A stretch of 64,000 nucleotides of DNA from an uncultured delta proteobacterium (GTDB taxonomy: Bacteria; Myxococcota; UBA727; VGSZ01). The stretch covers positions 1-64,000 of the forward strand of contig CAVZJB010000012.1 of NCBI GenBank assembly GCA_963775425.1. The letters run 5' to 3'. Shown piece after piece: positions 30,105 through 42,201 of the stretch (positions within the stretch are counted from its first letter, which is position 1; each line of letters starts with the position of its first letter). Both the position numbers and the translations under genes were made by a program. The notes below the pieces were generated by a model. It saw only the letters and a list, made by a program, of their open reading frames with translations, was not told the origin of the DNA and ran no database searches.

Positions 30105-31264
30105 TGCCCGGCGCGCGCGACGGGCGCCGTACCGCCTCGGCCACGACGACGACGGATGGGCGCGCGCCACAGGGGCGCGCCCCGCGCTCGAGCGGGAGCG
30201 CCGTGGCCGACGCGCTCGCCGAGCTCGGGGTCTCCGTGCGCGTGCTCGGGCGCGGCGCGTTTGCGCTGCAGGCGGGGGTGGCGGAGGCCCGGCTCACCCA
30301 CGACGACGACGCCGCGGTGTTCGTCGTCGACCGCTGGCAGGGCCGGCTCGGGACGCTGATCGTGCGTGAGCACGCCGGGGTCAAGGGCAGGCTCGCCGCG
30401 CTCGACCACGAGGAGACCGGCGACGGCCCCTTCGACGGGCGCTTCTGGTTGCGCGGCGACGAGCTCGGACGCCTGGGCTTCGAGGAGCGGCGCGCGCTGC
30501 TCTCGCTCGCGCCGCCGGTGTTCATCGAGCTCGGCAACGGACGGCTGCGGATGCGAGCGCCCACGAGCGGCGACGCCGCCACCCTCGCGTACGCGTTCGT
30601 CCGCCTGTGGTCCCGCGTCGACGCGCGCGGCTTCGCAGGCCGCCCGGCGGCCCGGCGCTCCGCCCCGAGATCGCCGACGGGCGCGGCGGCGACGCGCTCG
30701 GTGCGCGGCGCCGCCTGGCCGCAGTCCATCTCGCGCGCGACGTCGCCGTCCCGCCGCTTGTCCGTCGAGGCGCGCGACATCCTCCTCGACGCCGTGCGCG
30801 CGGGGACCCGCGCCTTCGCCGGAGACGTCGCGCGGGAGGGGGACGCGGTCGTCGCCCGCTGCGATCTCGCCGCCACCCCCGCCGAACAGGCGCGCGCCGT
30901 CGTCGTCGCGCGGCCGCACCGCAAGCGCTTCTCGGTCGAGCTTCGCGCGCCGTCGCCGTCGCCACCTCTGTCGCTGGTCCCGCAGCGCGGCGTGCGCGGG
31001 TTGCTGGCGTCGCTGTCCGAGGACCACCTCGCCGGCGCAGGGCTCGAAGCCGTCGACGCGGCGTTCATCGTGCGCGGCGCCGCGGACGCCGCCTGGCTCG
31101 CCGACGTCAGCGCGGCGCTCCTCTCGCTCGCGCACGCCGGCGTGCGGCTCGACGTCGAAGACGGCGGCCTCGTCGCCGTAGCGCACGACGTCGCCGACGT
31201 CCTCAAGGTCGCGGCGGTGGTCGCGGCCATGCTCGCGGTGGCGGACCGCGCCGCGGTCTGCTGA
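30104..31264 (+). CDS. Hypothetical protein (possibly two similar domains or two genes; start uncertain)
   Basis: Coupled to the hscB stop; motifs ETGDGPFDGRFWLRG and VDAAFIVRG separated by a low-complexity stretch. Confidence 0.45.
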   Translation: MPGARDGRRTASATTTTDGRAPQGRAPRSSGSAVADALAELGVSVRVLGRGAFALQAGVAEARLTHDDDAAVFVVDRWQGRLGTLIVREHAGVKGRLAALDHEETGDGPFDGRFWLRGDELGRLGFEERRALLSLAPPVFIELGNGRLRMRAPTSGDAATLAYAFVRLWSRVDARGFAGRPAARRSAPRSPTGAAATRSVRGAAWPQSISRATSPSRRLSVEARDILLDAVRAGTRAFAGDVAREGDAVVARCDLAATPAEQARAVVVARPHRKRFSVELRAPSPSPPLSLVPQRGVRGLLASLSEDHLAGAGLEAVDAAFIVRGAADAAWLADVSAALLSLAHAGVRLDVEDGGLVAVAHDVADVLKVAAVVAAMLAVADRAAVC

Positions 31265-31340
31265 GCGCGGACGCGCCGTGTCGACGCGCGCGGCGACGAC
31301 GGCGCCGTCGCCCCGATGCGGGAGAGGCGCCGAAGGCGCT

Positions 31341-33476
31341 TCAAGCCGCCGCGCGCGCCGTCTTGTTCTCGAGCTGCGCGAGCAGCGCCGCCACCGCGTG
31401 GTCGTCGCTCCGCGAGTCGGTCTTGCGGGCGTCGAGGATGGCGGTGGTGAAGGACTTCAGGTCGTCGGACGGCAGGCGCGCGAGGCGCGTCAGCACCTGA
31501 TGCGGCGTCTGCCCCGTGGCGCGCGCGAGCTTGCCGAGGCTGTCGCCGACGCCGACGAAGGTGTCCTTGTCGGTGTAGACGTCGCGCAGTCGGTACGCGG
31601 CCGTCTCGGGGTCCGGGACGTGGTCGTGCGCGAACGCGCCCCGCAGGAACGGGTCGACCGCCTTCTCCTGAACGACGTCGGGGGAGTCGCCGCCGCTGCC
31701 GAACAGCGAGATGGCCGTCTCGGCGATGCCGCCCGCGGCCAGGCCGATGCCCGCGCCCACGGGGCCGCCGACCACCATGCCGACGCCGGCGCCGACCAGC
31801 GGCAAAGACGCGGCCGCCGCCCCGGCGACGTCGCCGTCGGCGAGCGACGCGCCCACGTCGAACGTCGAGAACGCCACACCGACGGCGAGGCCCGCGCGGC
31901 CGACGCTCTTTCCCGCCAGCGACGCGATGCTGATCCCTTCCGACGTCGCGTGCTCCGCGGTACCGAGCACCGACTTGAGGTCCTCGGGGTCGAACGTCAC
32001 CGCGTCCTGCGCGAGGGCGCCGAGGCCGAGGGCCGCGCCGAGCGCCTGGAAGCGCGGCGCCGCCGACGTCACAGATGCGCCGTCGCCGCCGAGGGTGGCG
32101 CCGGCGATGGTGGTCGCCGTGGACGCGAGCTGGCGCCCGAGCGTCACGCCGGTCAGATCCGGCGGCAGCGCGTCGACCTTGTCGCGGTACTGCGACAGCG
32201 CGTCGCCGAGCTTGCGATCGGACACGACGCGCGCGGCGCCGGCCACCAGCGCGCTCAGGCGCTGGCGCTCGCCGTGCCTGACGAGATCGGGGCCGCCCAA
32301 GGCGACGCTGCGCAGGACGGCGTTGTCGAAGCCCGCGAGCTGCGCCTTGGCGTTCGGTCCGTGGGAGAGCACGCGCTTGCTCTCGTCGAGGAACGGGGCG
32401 TCGCGCTCGATGGCGTCGCTGAGCATGCGCGCGCCGCTGTCGCGCTGCGCGAGCGCCGGCACCTGCGCGAGCGCCGCGCGGCTCGCGTCGCCGAGCGGCC
32501 CGTCCTCGCGCGCGGCGGTGCCGGCGCCGGGGAGCGCGGCGGCGAGCGCGTGGGCGGCGTTGTCGGCGGCGGCGTAGTCGTCCTTGTGATCCGCCTTGTA
32601 GGCGTCGATGCCCGCCTGGATGGCGCCGGGGCTCAAGGCGCCGCCCTTCTGCCACTGCTCCACGGTGATCGCGAGGCGCGCGTCGAGCATGGTGGCGGTC
32701 TTGTTGGCGTCGGTGAACGTCTTCTTCGCGTCGTCGATGGCTTCGCCCGCCACCCGCGCGAGCCCCTTGTCGCTGCCGTCTTGCGTGAGGCCGGGCACGT
32801 CCTTCGCCGACTGCGCCAGGCTCGTGGCGAACAACGCGCCCCTCCCGCTGGAGACCGCGCCCTTGATGCCGTCGACGAGCTCACCGGGGTTGTCGCCGTC
32901 ACCCTTCAGCTCGCTCGGCAGCGCGCGCGCGACGGGATCGGTGATCTTGCGCGCGAGGCTCGGGCCGGCGGTCTCCGTCGCCGACGACAGATCCGCCACC
33001 GCGCGCTTGGTCTGATCACCCGTCAGCTTGTCGAGGCCGGCGCCGATGGCGCCGAGCGCGTGGTGCGTGTCGTCGAGGATCTGCGACTTCTCGGCGTGGG
33101 TCTTGTGCTGCAGCGACTGCGACAGCGTGCGCGCCGCCTGCATCACGGCCTTGCGCTTGCCGTCGTCGTCGTGGGCGGCGCTGATGGCCTTGGCGGCCTT
33201 GTTGATGGCGTGCGTCGCCTGCTGGGTCCGCGTCTTCGCCTCGGCATGCGTCGGCGCCGCGTGCGCGAACCGCGCCCGCGCCGCGTGCTGCACCTGCGCC
33301 GTCGCCTTCTTCGCCACCGCGTGCGTCGCCTTCGCGTTCGCGGCCGTCGCGTGGTGCGTGGGCGCGGCGTGGTCCGCGGAGGCCTTGTGCGTGGCCGCGT
33401 GGGGCACGGGCTTCGGCTTGGGCGGCGGCGGGGGAGGCGGGGGCGGACGGCGGGTGTGATCGACGGTGGAAGACAT
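31341..33476 (-). CDS. Ala-rich 711 aa protein with poly-Pro N-terminus and C-terminal hydrophobic Gly-zipper
   Basis: MSSTVDHTRRPPPPPPPPPKPK; helical Ala/Lys body; PLVGAGVGMVVGGPVGAGIGLAAGG; no Sec signal peptide. Confidence 0.7.
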   Translation of the reverse strand: MSSTVDHTRRPPPPPPPPPKPKPVPHAATHKASADHAAPTHHATAANAKATHAVAKKATAQVQHAARARFAHAAPTHAEAKTRTQQATHAINKAAKAISAAHDDDGKRKAVMQAARTLSQSLQHKTHAEKSQILDDTHHALGAIGAGLDKLTGDQTKRAVADLSSATETAGPSLARKITDPVARALPSELKGDGDNPGELVDGIKGAVSSGRGALFATSLAQSAKDVPGLTQDGSDKGLARVAGEAIDDAKKTFTDANKTATMLDARLAITVEQWQKGGALSPGAIQAGIDAYKADHKDDYAAADNAAHALAAALPGAGTAAREDGPLGDASRAALAQVPALAQRDSGARMLSDAIERDAPFLDESKRVLSHGPNAKAQLAGFDNAVLRSVALGGPDLVRHGERQRLSALVAGAARVVSDRKLGDALSQYRDKVDALPPDLTGVTLGRQLASTATTIAGATLGGDGASVTSAAPRFQALGAALGLGALAQDAVTFDPEDLKSVLGTAEHATSEGISIASLAGKSVGRAGLAVGVAFSTFDVGASLADGDVAGAAAASLPLVGAGVGMVVGGPVGAGIGLAAGGIAETAISLFGSGGDSPDVVQEKAVDPFLRGAFAHDHVPDPETAAYRLRDVYTDKDTFVGVGDSLGKLARATGQTPHQVLTRLARLPSDDLKSFTTAILDARKTDSRSDDHAVAALLAQLENKTARAAA

Positions 33477-33633
33477 GCGCCACGTATCGCGGCCGGGGCG
33501 CACTTCGGTGCACCTCCGCGCATCCCCGCACCGCCGTCGGTCGATCGACGGAGCCTCGCCCGGCGAGGCCGCATCGGACAGCGGCCCCGGCCCGGTCGAG
33601 CGGCTTCCCCCGAAGATCCGACTCGGCAAAGGT

Positions 33634-34458
33634 ATGTTCGTGTCGTACATCGGTCCTGTGCCGGATCAAGAGCAAGACGCGCAGCGCCAGGGGTGGAGCG
33701 GAGCGCGCAGCCCGCGGGGCCTGCCCGACATCGACGAGCTCGACCGGGTGTTGGAGCGCGCCCTGGCGGTCGCGCACGCCTATGTGAAGCAGCCGCGGCT
33801 CGAGCAGCTCATCGGACGGCTGTTGTCCGCGAGCGACGTCCTCGCCGCCCGCGGCATCACGGTGCCGCCGCGGGCGCTGCCGCTGCAGGTCCTCGAGGCG
33901 GTGGACGACCCGGAGGAGTGGTTCGCCCGCTACTACGACACGCTCCGCCTCGGCGTCCTCGAGGTCCTGCTGCACGAGGAGCTCGCCGAGTGGCAGCCGC
34001 TCGTGGACCAGATGCTCGCCGCCTTCCGCCGAAGCGAGCACGCGATGGTCTTGTGCAGCGGCCTCGCCATCCTCGAGAGCGTCATGGCCACCGCCGCCGG
34101 CGGCGCCCGCCCCGGGCTCGCCGCCGACACCAGCCCGCGGCGGGAGCGCGCGCTGCGCGGCCTGGCCGGACGCACGCTCGACCTGTCGGAGACGGACTGG
34201 GGCAGCACCCACCGCCACGTCCTCGGCTGGTCCCTCGACGCCGCCGTGACGCGCCTGCGCCCGAGCGGCGACGGCGGGCGCCACTGGACCATCGAGGGCC
34301 GCGACTCGCCGTCGGGTTGGACGCGCGAAGACGCGATGAAGGTGCTGAACGCCCTCGGCACCGCCGCCACGCTCTTGCCGCAGCGCCTGTCGAGAGACGC
34401 GCCCGCCCGCGTCTCCTTCGGGCCCACGCCCGCGCGCAGACAAGACCCGCTCCTGTGA
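33634..34458 (+). CDS. Hypothetical protein
   Basis: Protein-like composition from MFVSYIGP; divergent from the 33476 gene. Confidence 0.6.
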   Translation: MFVSYIGPVPDQEQDAQRQGWSGARSPRGLPDIDELDRVLERALAVAHAYVKQPRLEQLIGRLLSASDVLAARGITVPPRALPLQVLEAVDDPEEWFARYYDTLRLGVLEVLLHEELAEWQPLVDQMLAAFRRSEHAMVLCSGLAILESVMATAAGGARPGLAADTSPRRERALRGLAGRTLDLSETDWGSTHRHVLGWSLDAAVTRLRPSGDGGRHWTIEGRDSPSGWTREDAMKVLNALGTAATLLPQRLSRDAPARVSFGPTPARRQDPLL

Positions 34459-34552
34459 CGCGCGCTCCGTCCGGTCGCTGATCAAGCGCGGCCGCCGACG
34501 AACGATAGATCCCAGGTGTCGACGCCGTCGGAGCCGACGCGGAGGTGCCGCG

Positions 34553-35456
34553 ATGGATCCTCGAATCGATGCCGCGCTCCCGCCGCTGCCGCTCGCCGCC
34601 TGGCAAGACACCCGCGACACGCTGCACATGTGGATGCAAGTCGTCGGGAAGGTCGCGCTCGCCACCAGCGCGCTCACCAACCACTACTGGAACGCGGCGC
34701 TCGTCCTCACGCCGCGCGGCCTCGCGACACACCCGTTGTTCTTTCGCGACGTCGCCTTCGCCGTGACGTTCGACTTCGTCGCCGATCGCCTCGTCATCGA
34801 AGAGTCGAGCGGCGGCCGGCGCGAGCTCGCGCTCGAGCCGATGAGCGTCGCCGCCTTCTACGAGCGCCTGATGGGCGCCCTGAGAGACCTCGGCATCGAC
34901 GTCCACATCTGGACCACCCCGGTGGAGGTGGCGCGCGCGATCCCGTTCGAACGCGACGTCGAGCACTGCGCCTACGACGCCGCCCAGGCGCACGCGTTCT
35001 TCCGCGTCCTCGTCGGCGTCGAGCCCGTCTTCGAGCGGTTCCGCGCGGGCTTCGTCGGCAAGAGCAGCCCGCTGCACTTCTTCTGGGGCGCCTTCGACCT
35101 CGCGCTCACGCGGTTCTCGGGCCGCCGCACGCCCACGCTGGCCGACGACCCCGTCCAGCGCGAGGCGTACTCGCACGAGGTCATCAGCCACGGCTTCTGG
35201 CCCGGCGGCGGGGGCTACGAAGACGCCGCCTTCTACGCGTACGCCGCGCCGGAGCCGGCGGGCTTCGCGAGCGCTTCGGTGTCACCCCCCTCCGCCTTCT
35301 ACAGCGACGCCCTGCGCGAGATGGTCCTTCCCTACGAGGCGGTGCGCACGTCGCCGTCGCCGTCGTCGGCGCTCGGCGGATTCCTCGAGACCACCTACAC
35401 CGCGGCCGCCGACCTCGCGCGGTGGGACCGCGAGTCCCTCGAACGGAGGATTCTGA
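34553..35456 (+). CDS. DUF5996 family protein (probably ends ERRI-stop; reads through in this assembly)
   Basis: TLHMWMQVVGKV; SPLHFFWGAFDLALTRFSGR; EAYSHEVISHGFWPG. Removing one T in GATTCTG 35449-35455 gives a TGATG stop/start. Confidence 0.8.
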
Positions 35457-35734
35457 TGGCGTGCTCTCACCTCGCGCAGGTGACGACGCTCAAAGCGCCG
35501 GGCCACGTGTGTGAAGAATGCGTTCGCATCGGCTCGGGCTGGGTGCACCTGCGCACCTGCGAGACCTGCGGCGTGACGCTCTGTTGTGACTCGTCGCCGA
35601 ACCGCCACGCACGCGCGCACGCGCTCGCCGCGGGCCACCCCGTGATCGCCTCGGCGGAGCCCGGCGAGCAGTGGCTGTACTGCTTCGTCGACGAGGAGCT
35701 CGCCGACATCGTGGGCGTGCCCGCGGAGCTGTGA
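35456..35734 (+). CDS. UBP-type zinc finger protein
   Basis: Own GGAGG RBS; CSH...CEEC...WVHLRTCETCGVTLCCDSSPNRHARAH...EPGEQWLYCFVDE. Confidence 0.85.
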   Translation: MACSHLAQVTTLKAPGHVCEECVRIGSGWVHLRTCETCGVTLCCDSSPNRHARAHALAAGHPVIASAEPGEQWLYCFVDEELADIVGVPAEL

Positions 35735-35827
35735 CGAAGAACTCTGACGTGAAGCGACGTCTGCGTGAATGTCGCGAGCGCGCGCGCCGGGGTTGTTCAC
35801 CGGCGTCGTGGCGGCTAGGTCCACCGG

Positions 35828-37758
<1,931 letters not shown>

Positions 37759-37762
<4 letters not shown>

Positions 37763-38091
37763 GCGAGCGCACGTTCAAGGTGACCTTCCTGCCGCTCGGA
37801 AAGACCGTCGAGGTCCCCGAGGGGTGGACGGTGCTCGACGCCGCGCTCAACCGCGACATCGACCTCGAGCACGCCTGCGGCGGCGTGTGCGCCTGCTCCA
37901 CGTGCCACGTCTGGGTCCGCGAGGGCTACGAGGACCTCCCCGACGCCAGCGACAAAGAAGAAGACATGCTCGACAACGCCGCGTGCCTGACGACGAAGAG
38001 CCGGCTGTCGTGCCAGGTCGAGGTGCACCGCGACCTCGTCGTCGAGATCCCCCCGATGTCGCGCAACCTCGTCGCCGAGGGCAAGCACTGA
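37759..38091 (+). CDS. fdx: ISC-type 2Fe-2S ferredoxin
   Basis: [15 protein letters not shown]...EEDMLD...SRLSCQ. Confidence 0.93.
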
Positions 38092-38942
38092 TGCACGCGC
38101 CGCGTGGGCAGCGCGCCCCACGACGACGGCCCCTGACGCGCGCGCCCGGCGGGCTCGCCCCCGCGCTCGCCCTCCTCGCGCTCGCGGCGTGTGGGCCGGC
38201 GGCAGCGCCGCCGCCACCGCCGCCGGACGACGTCGTCACCGCGTCCTGCGCCGCGCCGCCGGCGCACGATCTCCTCGGCACCACGGAGACCGAGCCCGGC
38301 TGGGACGAAGCGCTCGCCGCGCTCGACCTCGACGCGCTGCCCGCGCAGATCGACACGAGCGGCTTGAGCGCGCTCAGCCGCGATCTGGTCGCGTACATGC
38401 TCGAGACGCCGCCCGCCGAGCTCGTCGCCGTCGACCGCGACGCCGCGCGCCGCACGCCGCTCGGCGAGGCCGTGCTCGGCGCGTTCGCGAGCGCGGCCGC
38501 CGACGGCAGCGCGGGCGTCGACGTCGCCTTCCTGCGCCGCGGGCTGTTCGCGCGCTACGCCTGCGCGCGCCGGCAGCCCGTGCGCCTCGAGGACTTCCTC
38601 GCGGACTTCACGCCCGACGCCACCGAGGCGCTCGCGCGCTCGATCCCCAAGGCGCGCCCCCGCCGCCTGACGCACGGCACCGACGCCGCCGGCCACGACG
38701 TCTACCTGGGCGAGACGCTCCTCGACGACGGCAGCGTCCGCGAGACCGAAGCGCTCGTCCACGGCGCGCGCGCAGACGGCGCCGTCGACTTCCTCGCCTA
38801 CGACGCCGCCGGCGATCTCCACCGCAGCTCGGTGTTCGCCACGTCGTCGGGCGGAGACGTCCCCGGCCCCGTTCCCTTCGCCTGCATGGCGTGCCACCGC
38901 GACCTCGACGGCGGCACCGGCTTTACGCTCATCCGGCCCTGA
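38091..38942 (+). CDS. Lipoprotein with a C-terminal c-type heme motif
   Basis: Lipobox LALAAC; PFACMACH near the C-terminus; TGATG coupling to fdx (true start may be slightly downstream). Confidence 0.65.
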   Translation: MHAPRGQRAPRRRPLTRAPGGLAPALALLALAACGPAAAPPPPPPDDVVTASCAAPPAHDLLGTTETEPGWDEALAALDLDALPAQIDTSGLSALSRDLVAYMLETPPAELVAVDRDAARRTPLGEAVLGAFASAAADGSAGVDVAFLRRGLFARYACARRQPVRLEDFLADFTPDATEALARSIPKARPRRLTHGTDAAGHDVYLGETLLDDGSVRETEALVHGARADGAVDFLAYDAAGDLHRSSVFATSSGGDVPGPVPFACMACHRDLDGGTGFTLIRP

Positions 38943-38995
38943 GCGCGGCGACGACGTCGTCGTCAGCGACAAACGCCGTCCCGCGGTGGATGCAG

Positions 38996-39374
38996 AGGCT
39001 GACGCGTCACGTGTTGATCCGAGCCACCCGGAAGGGGCCGGTGCTACGGCCCAGGCCGTGGACGACCTCATCGGCCCCGAGCACCCGGCTCGCCTGATCG
39101 ACCGCGTGAGCGGCGGGGGCGAGCTCGACGGGCTCACAGCCAGCGCCAAGGCCGTGCAGTTTGGCGGTGGGCGCCCGATGACGAGCCCGCGGATGCTCCT
39201 GACGCTGTACGCGATAGGCCAAGGGCTCGGGAGCGTCCGGGAGATCGCGCGGCTGACGACGAACGACCACGCCTTCCGTTTCATCGTCGGCGACCTGCGC
39301 CCGAGTCACGACGTCATCGCCAGGTTCCGCGTCGATCACGGCGCCGCGTTCGACAAGCTCCTCGCCGTCAGCCT
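38996..39374 (+). mobile_element. Internally deleted IS1182-family element (transposase N-terminal DUF772-like fragment between short inverted repeats)
   Basis: AGGCTGACG at 38996 and CGTCAGCCT at 39366; encodes DLIGPEHPARLID...GRPMTSPRMLLTLY...SVREIARL...AFRFIVGDLRPSHDVIARFR; blocks shared with 49658-49962. Confidence 0.8.
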
Positions 39375-39375
39375 T

Positions 39376-39969
39376 TCAGTGCTTGCAGGTGCCGTCGTAG
39401 AAGACGCGGAAGGAGTCGCCGGTGTTGCTCGGGTCGATCGCCCGCTCGTAGCTGAAGGACTTGCCGTCCTCGGCCTTGGTGAAGGTCACCTTGAGCTTCA
39501 CGGGCTTTCCGTTCTTGGCGCTGTCGATGGTCCACCAAAACCGATCGCCCACCCAGCCCGACGACGTGCCTCGATAGAAGCCGCCCTGGCTGTCGGCGCC
39601 GTTTTGCACGAAGCCGCCGAGCGCCTTGGAAAAGCCCCAGAGCTCGTCGGCCTTGATGGCGTGCGGGTTGTCCTTGGACTTCTGCTCGTCGACGTGCACC
39701 GACAGCCAGCGCCCGAGGTCCGCACGGAAGCGCAGCGTGAAGCGCGTGGCCACGTCGGGCGCGAGCTCGGTGGCCGCCTTGCCGTCGCAGCGCCAGGTGC
39801 CCGTGAACAGCTTGAAGGCGTCCTTTTGCTCCTGCGGCTCCACGCTGTCGTCGACAACGGCGTCCTTGGCCTCGTCGGCGCTCGGGGCCTCGGCCCCCTT
39901 GGGTGTGGCCACGGGCTCGTCGCCGGCCGGGGAGGAGATCAGCAGGGTGAGGGCGCAGGGGAGGAGCAT
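39376..39969 (-). CDS. Secreted beta-barrel-like protein (DUF1579-like)
   Basis: Signal peptide; FTGTWRCDG; DSQGGF...SSGWVGD; ends GTCKH. Confidence 0.65.
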   Translation of the reverse strand: MLLPCALTLLISSPAGDEPVATPKGAEAPSADEAKDAVVDDSVEPQEQKDAFKLFTGTWRCDGKAATELAPDVATRFTLRFRADLGRWLSVHVDEQKSKDNPHAIKADELWGFSKALGGFVQNGADSQGGFYRGTSSGWVGDRFWWTIDSAKNGKPVKLKVTFTKAEDGKSFSYERAIDPSNTGDSFRVFYDGTCKH

Positions 39970-39973
39970 GGGG

Positions 39974-42082
39974 TCATCCGCAGTCGGGATCGGGCTGGGC
40001 GCAGTTCAGGTCGCAGAAGCCGTCGCCGTAGAAGTTGTTGACCACGCAGGGGTCGTCGCAATCGGGATCGTGCTGCGGGCAGAAGGTGTCGCACTCGCGG
40101 TCGCCGTAGAAGTGGTTGACGGCGCAGTTGTCGTCGCAGTCGTCGTCGTGTTGGGCGCAGTCCTGGTCGCAGCGGAGGTCGTTGTAGCGGTGCTCGACGA
40201 CACACGGGTCGTTGCAGTCGGGGTCGGGGGAGCCGCAGTTGGTGTCGCAGAACTTGTCGCCGTAGAAGCCGTCCTGGACGCAGAAGTCGCTGCAGTCCGG
40301 GTCGGGCTGGTCACAGAAGGTGTCGCAGACACGATCGTTGTAGTCGCCGTTGATGACGCAGGTGTCGCTGCAGTCCGGGTCGGGTTGGTCGCAGAAGGTG
40401 TCGCAGGTCAGGTCGCCGTACAGCCCGTTCTGCTCGCAGAAGTCCGGGGCGCAGTCGGGGTCGGGCTGGGGACAGAAGGTGTCGCAGCTCCCGTCGCCGT
40501 ACCAGCCGTTCTGCTCGCAGACGTCGGAGGGGGTGTCGCAGTCCGGGTCAGGTTGCGGGCAGAAAGTGTCGCAGACGCCGTCGCCGTACCAGCCGTTGGC
40601 CTCGCAAGTGTCGGTCTGGCAGTCCTCGGTGTCCGGCTGCGGACAGAAGGTGTCGCAGGTGCCGTCGCCGTACCAGCCGTTTTTGGCGCAGATGTCGTCG
40701 CAGTCGGGGTCGGGCTGGGCGCAGAACGTGTCGCACGAGCCGTCGCCGTAGTAGCCGTTCTGTTCGCAGATGTCGACGGCGCAGTCGGGGTCGGGCTGCG
40801 GGCAGAAGGTGTCGCAGGTGCCGTCGCCGTACCAGCCGTTGCGCCCGCAGACGTCGTCGCAGGCGGGGTCGGGGCGCGGGCAGAAGGTGTCGCAGACGGC
40901 GTCGTCGTACCAGCCGTTCTGGTCGCAGATATCGCTGCAGTCCGGGTCGGGGCGGGGGCAGAAGTTGTCGCATTCGCCGTCGCCGTAGAAGCCCGAGAGG
41001 GCGCAGAAGTCGAGGCAGCCGAGGACATCGGGCAGGGCGCAGTCGGTGTCGCAGGTGAAGTCGAGGTAGCGCCCGTCGGCCGCGCAGGGGTCGCCGACGC
41101 AGGAGCCGGCGGAGCAGGACTGGCCGGCGGCGCAGGCGTTGCCGCAGCCGCCGCAGTTGTGGGCGTCGGTGCTGGTGTCGACGCACTTGTCCCCGCACTC
41201 CTGCGCGCCGTCGAGGCAGCCGGCGCGGCAGGTGCCGTTTTCACAGGTCTCGCGCGGCCCGCAGGCCTGGCCGCAGCGCCCGCAGTTGTGCTCGTCGTCG
41301 CCCAGGGAGACGCAGGTGCCGCCGCAGTTGGTGCGGCCGTCCTGGCACAGCGGGGTGCAGGTGCCGTTGAAGCAGCCGTCGCCGTCGCGGCAGGCGTGGC
41401 CGCAGCCGCCGCAGTTGTCGGCGTCGCGGTTGGTGTCCGTGCAGCGCCCGCCGCACGCGGTCTCGGGCGCGATGCAGCCCGCGGTGCTGCACGCGCCGCG
41501 CACGCAGGTCTCGCCCGGCTGGCAGCGGGTGCCGCAGTCGCCGCAGTTCTTCGGGTCGTTGCTCGTGTCGACGCAGGAGTCGCTGCACAGGCGCTCGCCG
41601 ACCGGGCACGACGCGCGGCAGCCGCCGTGCGAGCACACGGCCTGCCCGGGGCAGGCGAAGCCGCAGCCGCCGCAGTTTTGCAGATCGGATTGCACGTCGA
41701 CGCAGTCGCGGCCGCACAGGCGCTCACCGGCCTTGCACGCCGTTACGCACACGCTGCGGTCGCAGAGCTGGCCGTCGCCGCAGGCGGTGTCGCAGTCGCC
41801 GCAGTGAGCGTCGTTGGAGGTGGTGTCGACGCACTCGTTGCCGCACTGGGTCTTGCCGCCGCAGCCGCCGCCCTGCTCGCCGGTGCACAGGCCCTCGATG
41901 CAGTTCTGTCCGGGGGCGCAGAGGTGGCCGCAGCCGCCGCAGTTGGTGGGGTCGCCCTGGACGTCGGTGCAGGTGCCGTTGCACTCGCGCTCGGTGGCGA
42001 GGCAGTCGACGGGCTCGACGTCGTTCGGGCAGCCCGCCAGGCCAAGGACACCGACGACGACGACGAGACTCCACCCACGCAT
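39974..42082 (-). CDS. Cys-rich tandem-repeat lipoprotein
   Basis: Lipobox LAGC; several D..NCG.CG..C repeats, then 14 tandem repeats of about 26 aa with consensus DxCxxNGWYGDGxCDTFCPQPDPDC. Confidence 0.88.
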   Translation of the reverse strand: MRGWSLVVVVGVLGLAGCPNDVEPVDCLATERECNGTCTDVQGDPTNCGGCGHLCAPGQNCIEGLCTGEQGGGCGGKTQCGNECVDTTSNDAHCGDCDTACGDGQLCDRSVCVTACKAGERLCGRDCVDVQSDLQNCGGCGFACPGQAVCSHGGCRASCPVGERLCSDSCVDTSNDPKNCGDCGTRCQPGETCVRGACSTAGCIAPETACGGRCTDTNRDADNCGGCGHACRDGDGCFNGTCTPLCQDGRTNCGGTCVSLGDDEHNCGRCGQACGPRETCENGTCRAGCLDGAQECGDKCVDTSTDAHNCGGCGNACAAGQSCSAGSCVGDPCAADGRYLDFTCDTDCALPDVLGCLDFCALSGFYGDGECDNFCPRPDPDCSDICDQNGWYDDAVCDTFCPRPDPACDDVCGRNGWYGDGTCDTFCPQPDPDCAVDICEQNGYYGDGSCDTFCAQPDPDCDDICAKNGWYGDGTCDTFCPQPDTEDCQTDTCEANGWYGDGVCDTFCPQPDPDCDTPSDVCEQNGWYGDGSCDTFCPQPDPDCAPDFCEQNGLYGDLTCDTFCDQPDPDCSDTCVINGDYNDRVCDTFCDQPDPDCSDFCVQDGFYGDKFCDTNCGSPDPDCNDPCVVEHRYNDLRCDQDCAQHDDDCDDNCAVNHFYGDRECDTFCPQHDPDCDDPCVVNNFYGDGFCDLNCAQPDPDCG

Positions 42083-42201
42083 TGACGCCTCCAAGGCCCG
42101 GACGCGGCCAGGCTACCCCTGTTTTCGGCTGGTCCGCGAATTGCGACCGGAGGGAGCGGCCGCGCCGGAAGAGACCCGGGATCACTCCCGGCTCGTGCGG
42201 C

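Noticed and set aside
34553-35734. Apparent novel DUF5996-zf-UBP fusion protein
   Set aside because: The junction has its own RBS and the recurrent GATTCTG lesion; removing one base yields two coupled genes.
38986-40041. 351 aa ORF as an intact transposase
   Set aside because: Only the first roughly 125 aa are transposase-like; the rest is antisense to the neighbouring gene and there is no DDE domain.
39974-41100. Regular DNA repeats resembling a CRISPR array
   Set aside because: They are in-frame coding repeats with synonymous variation; there are no unique spacers and no cas genes.
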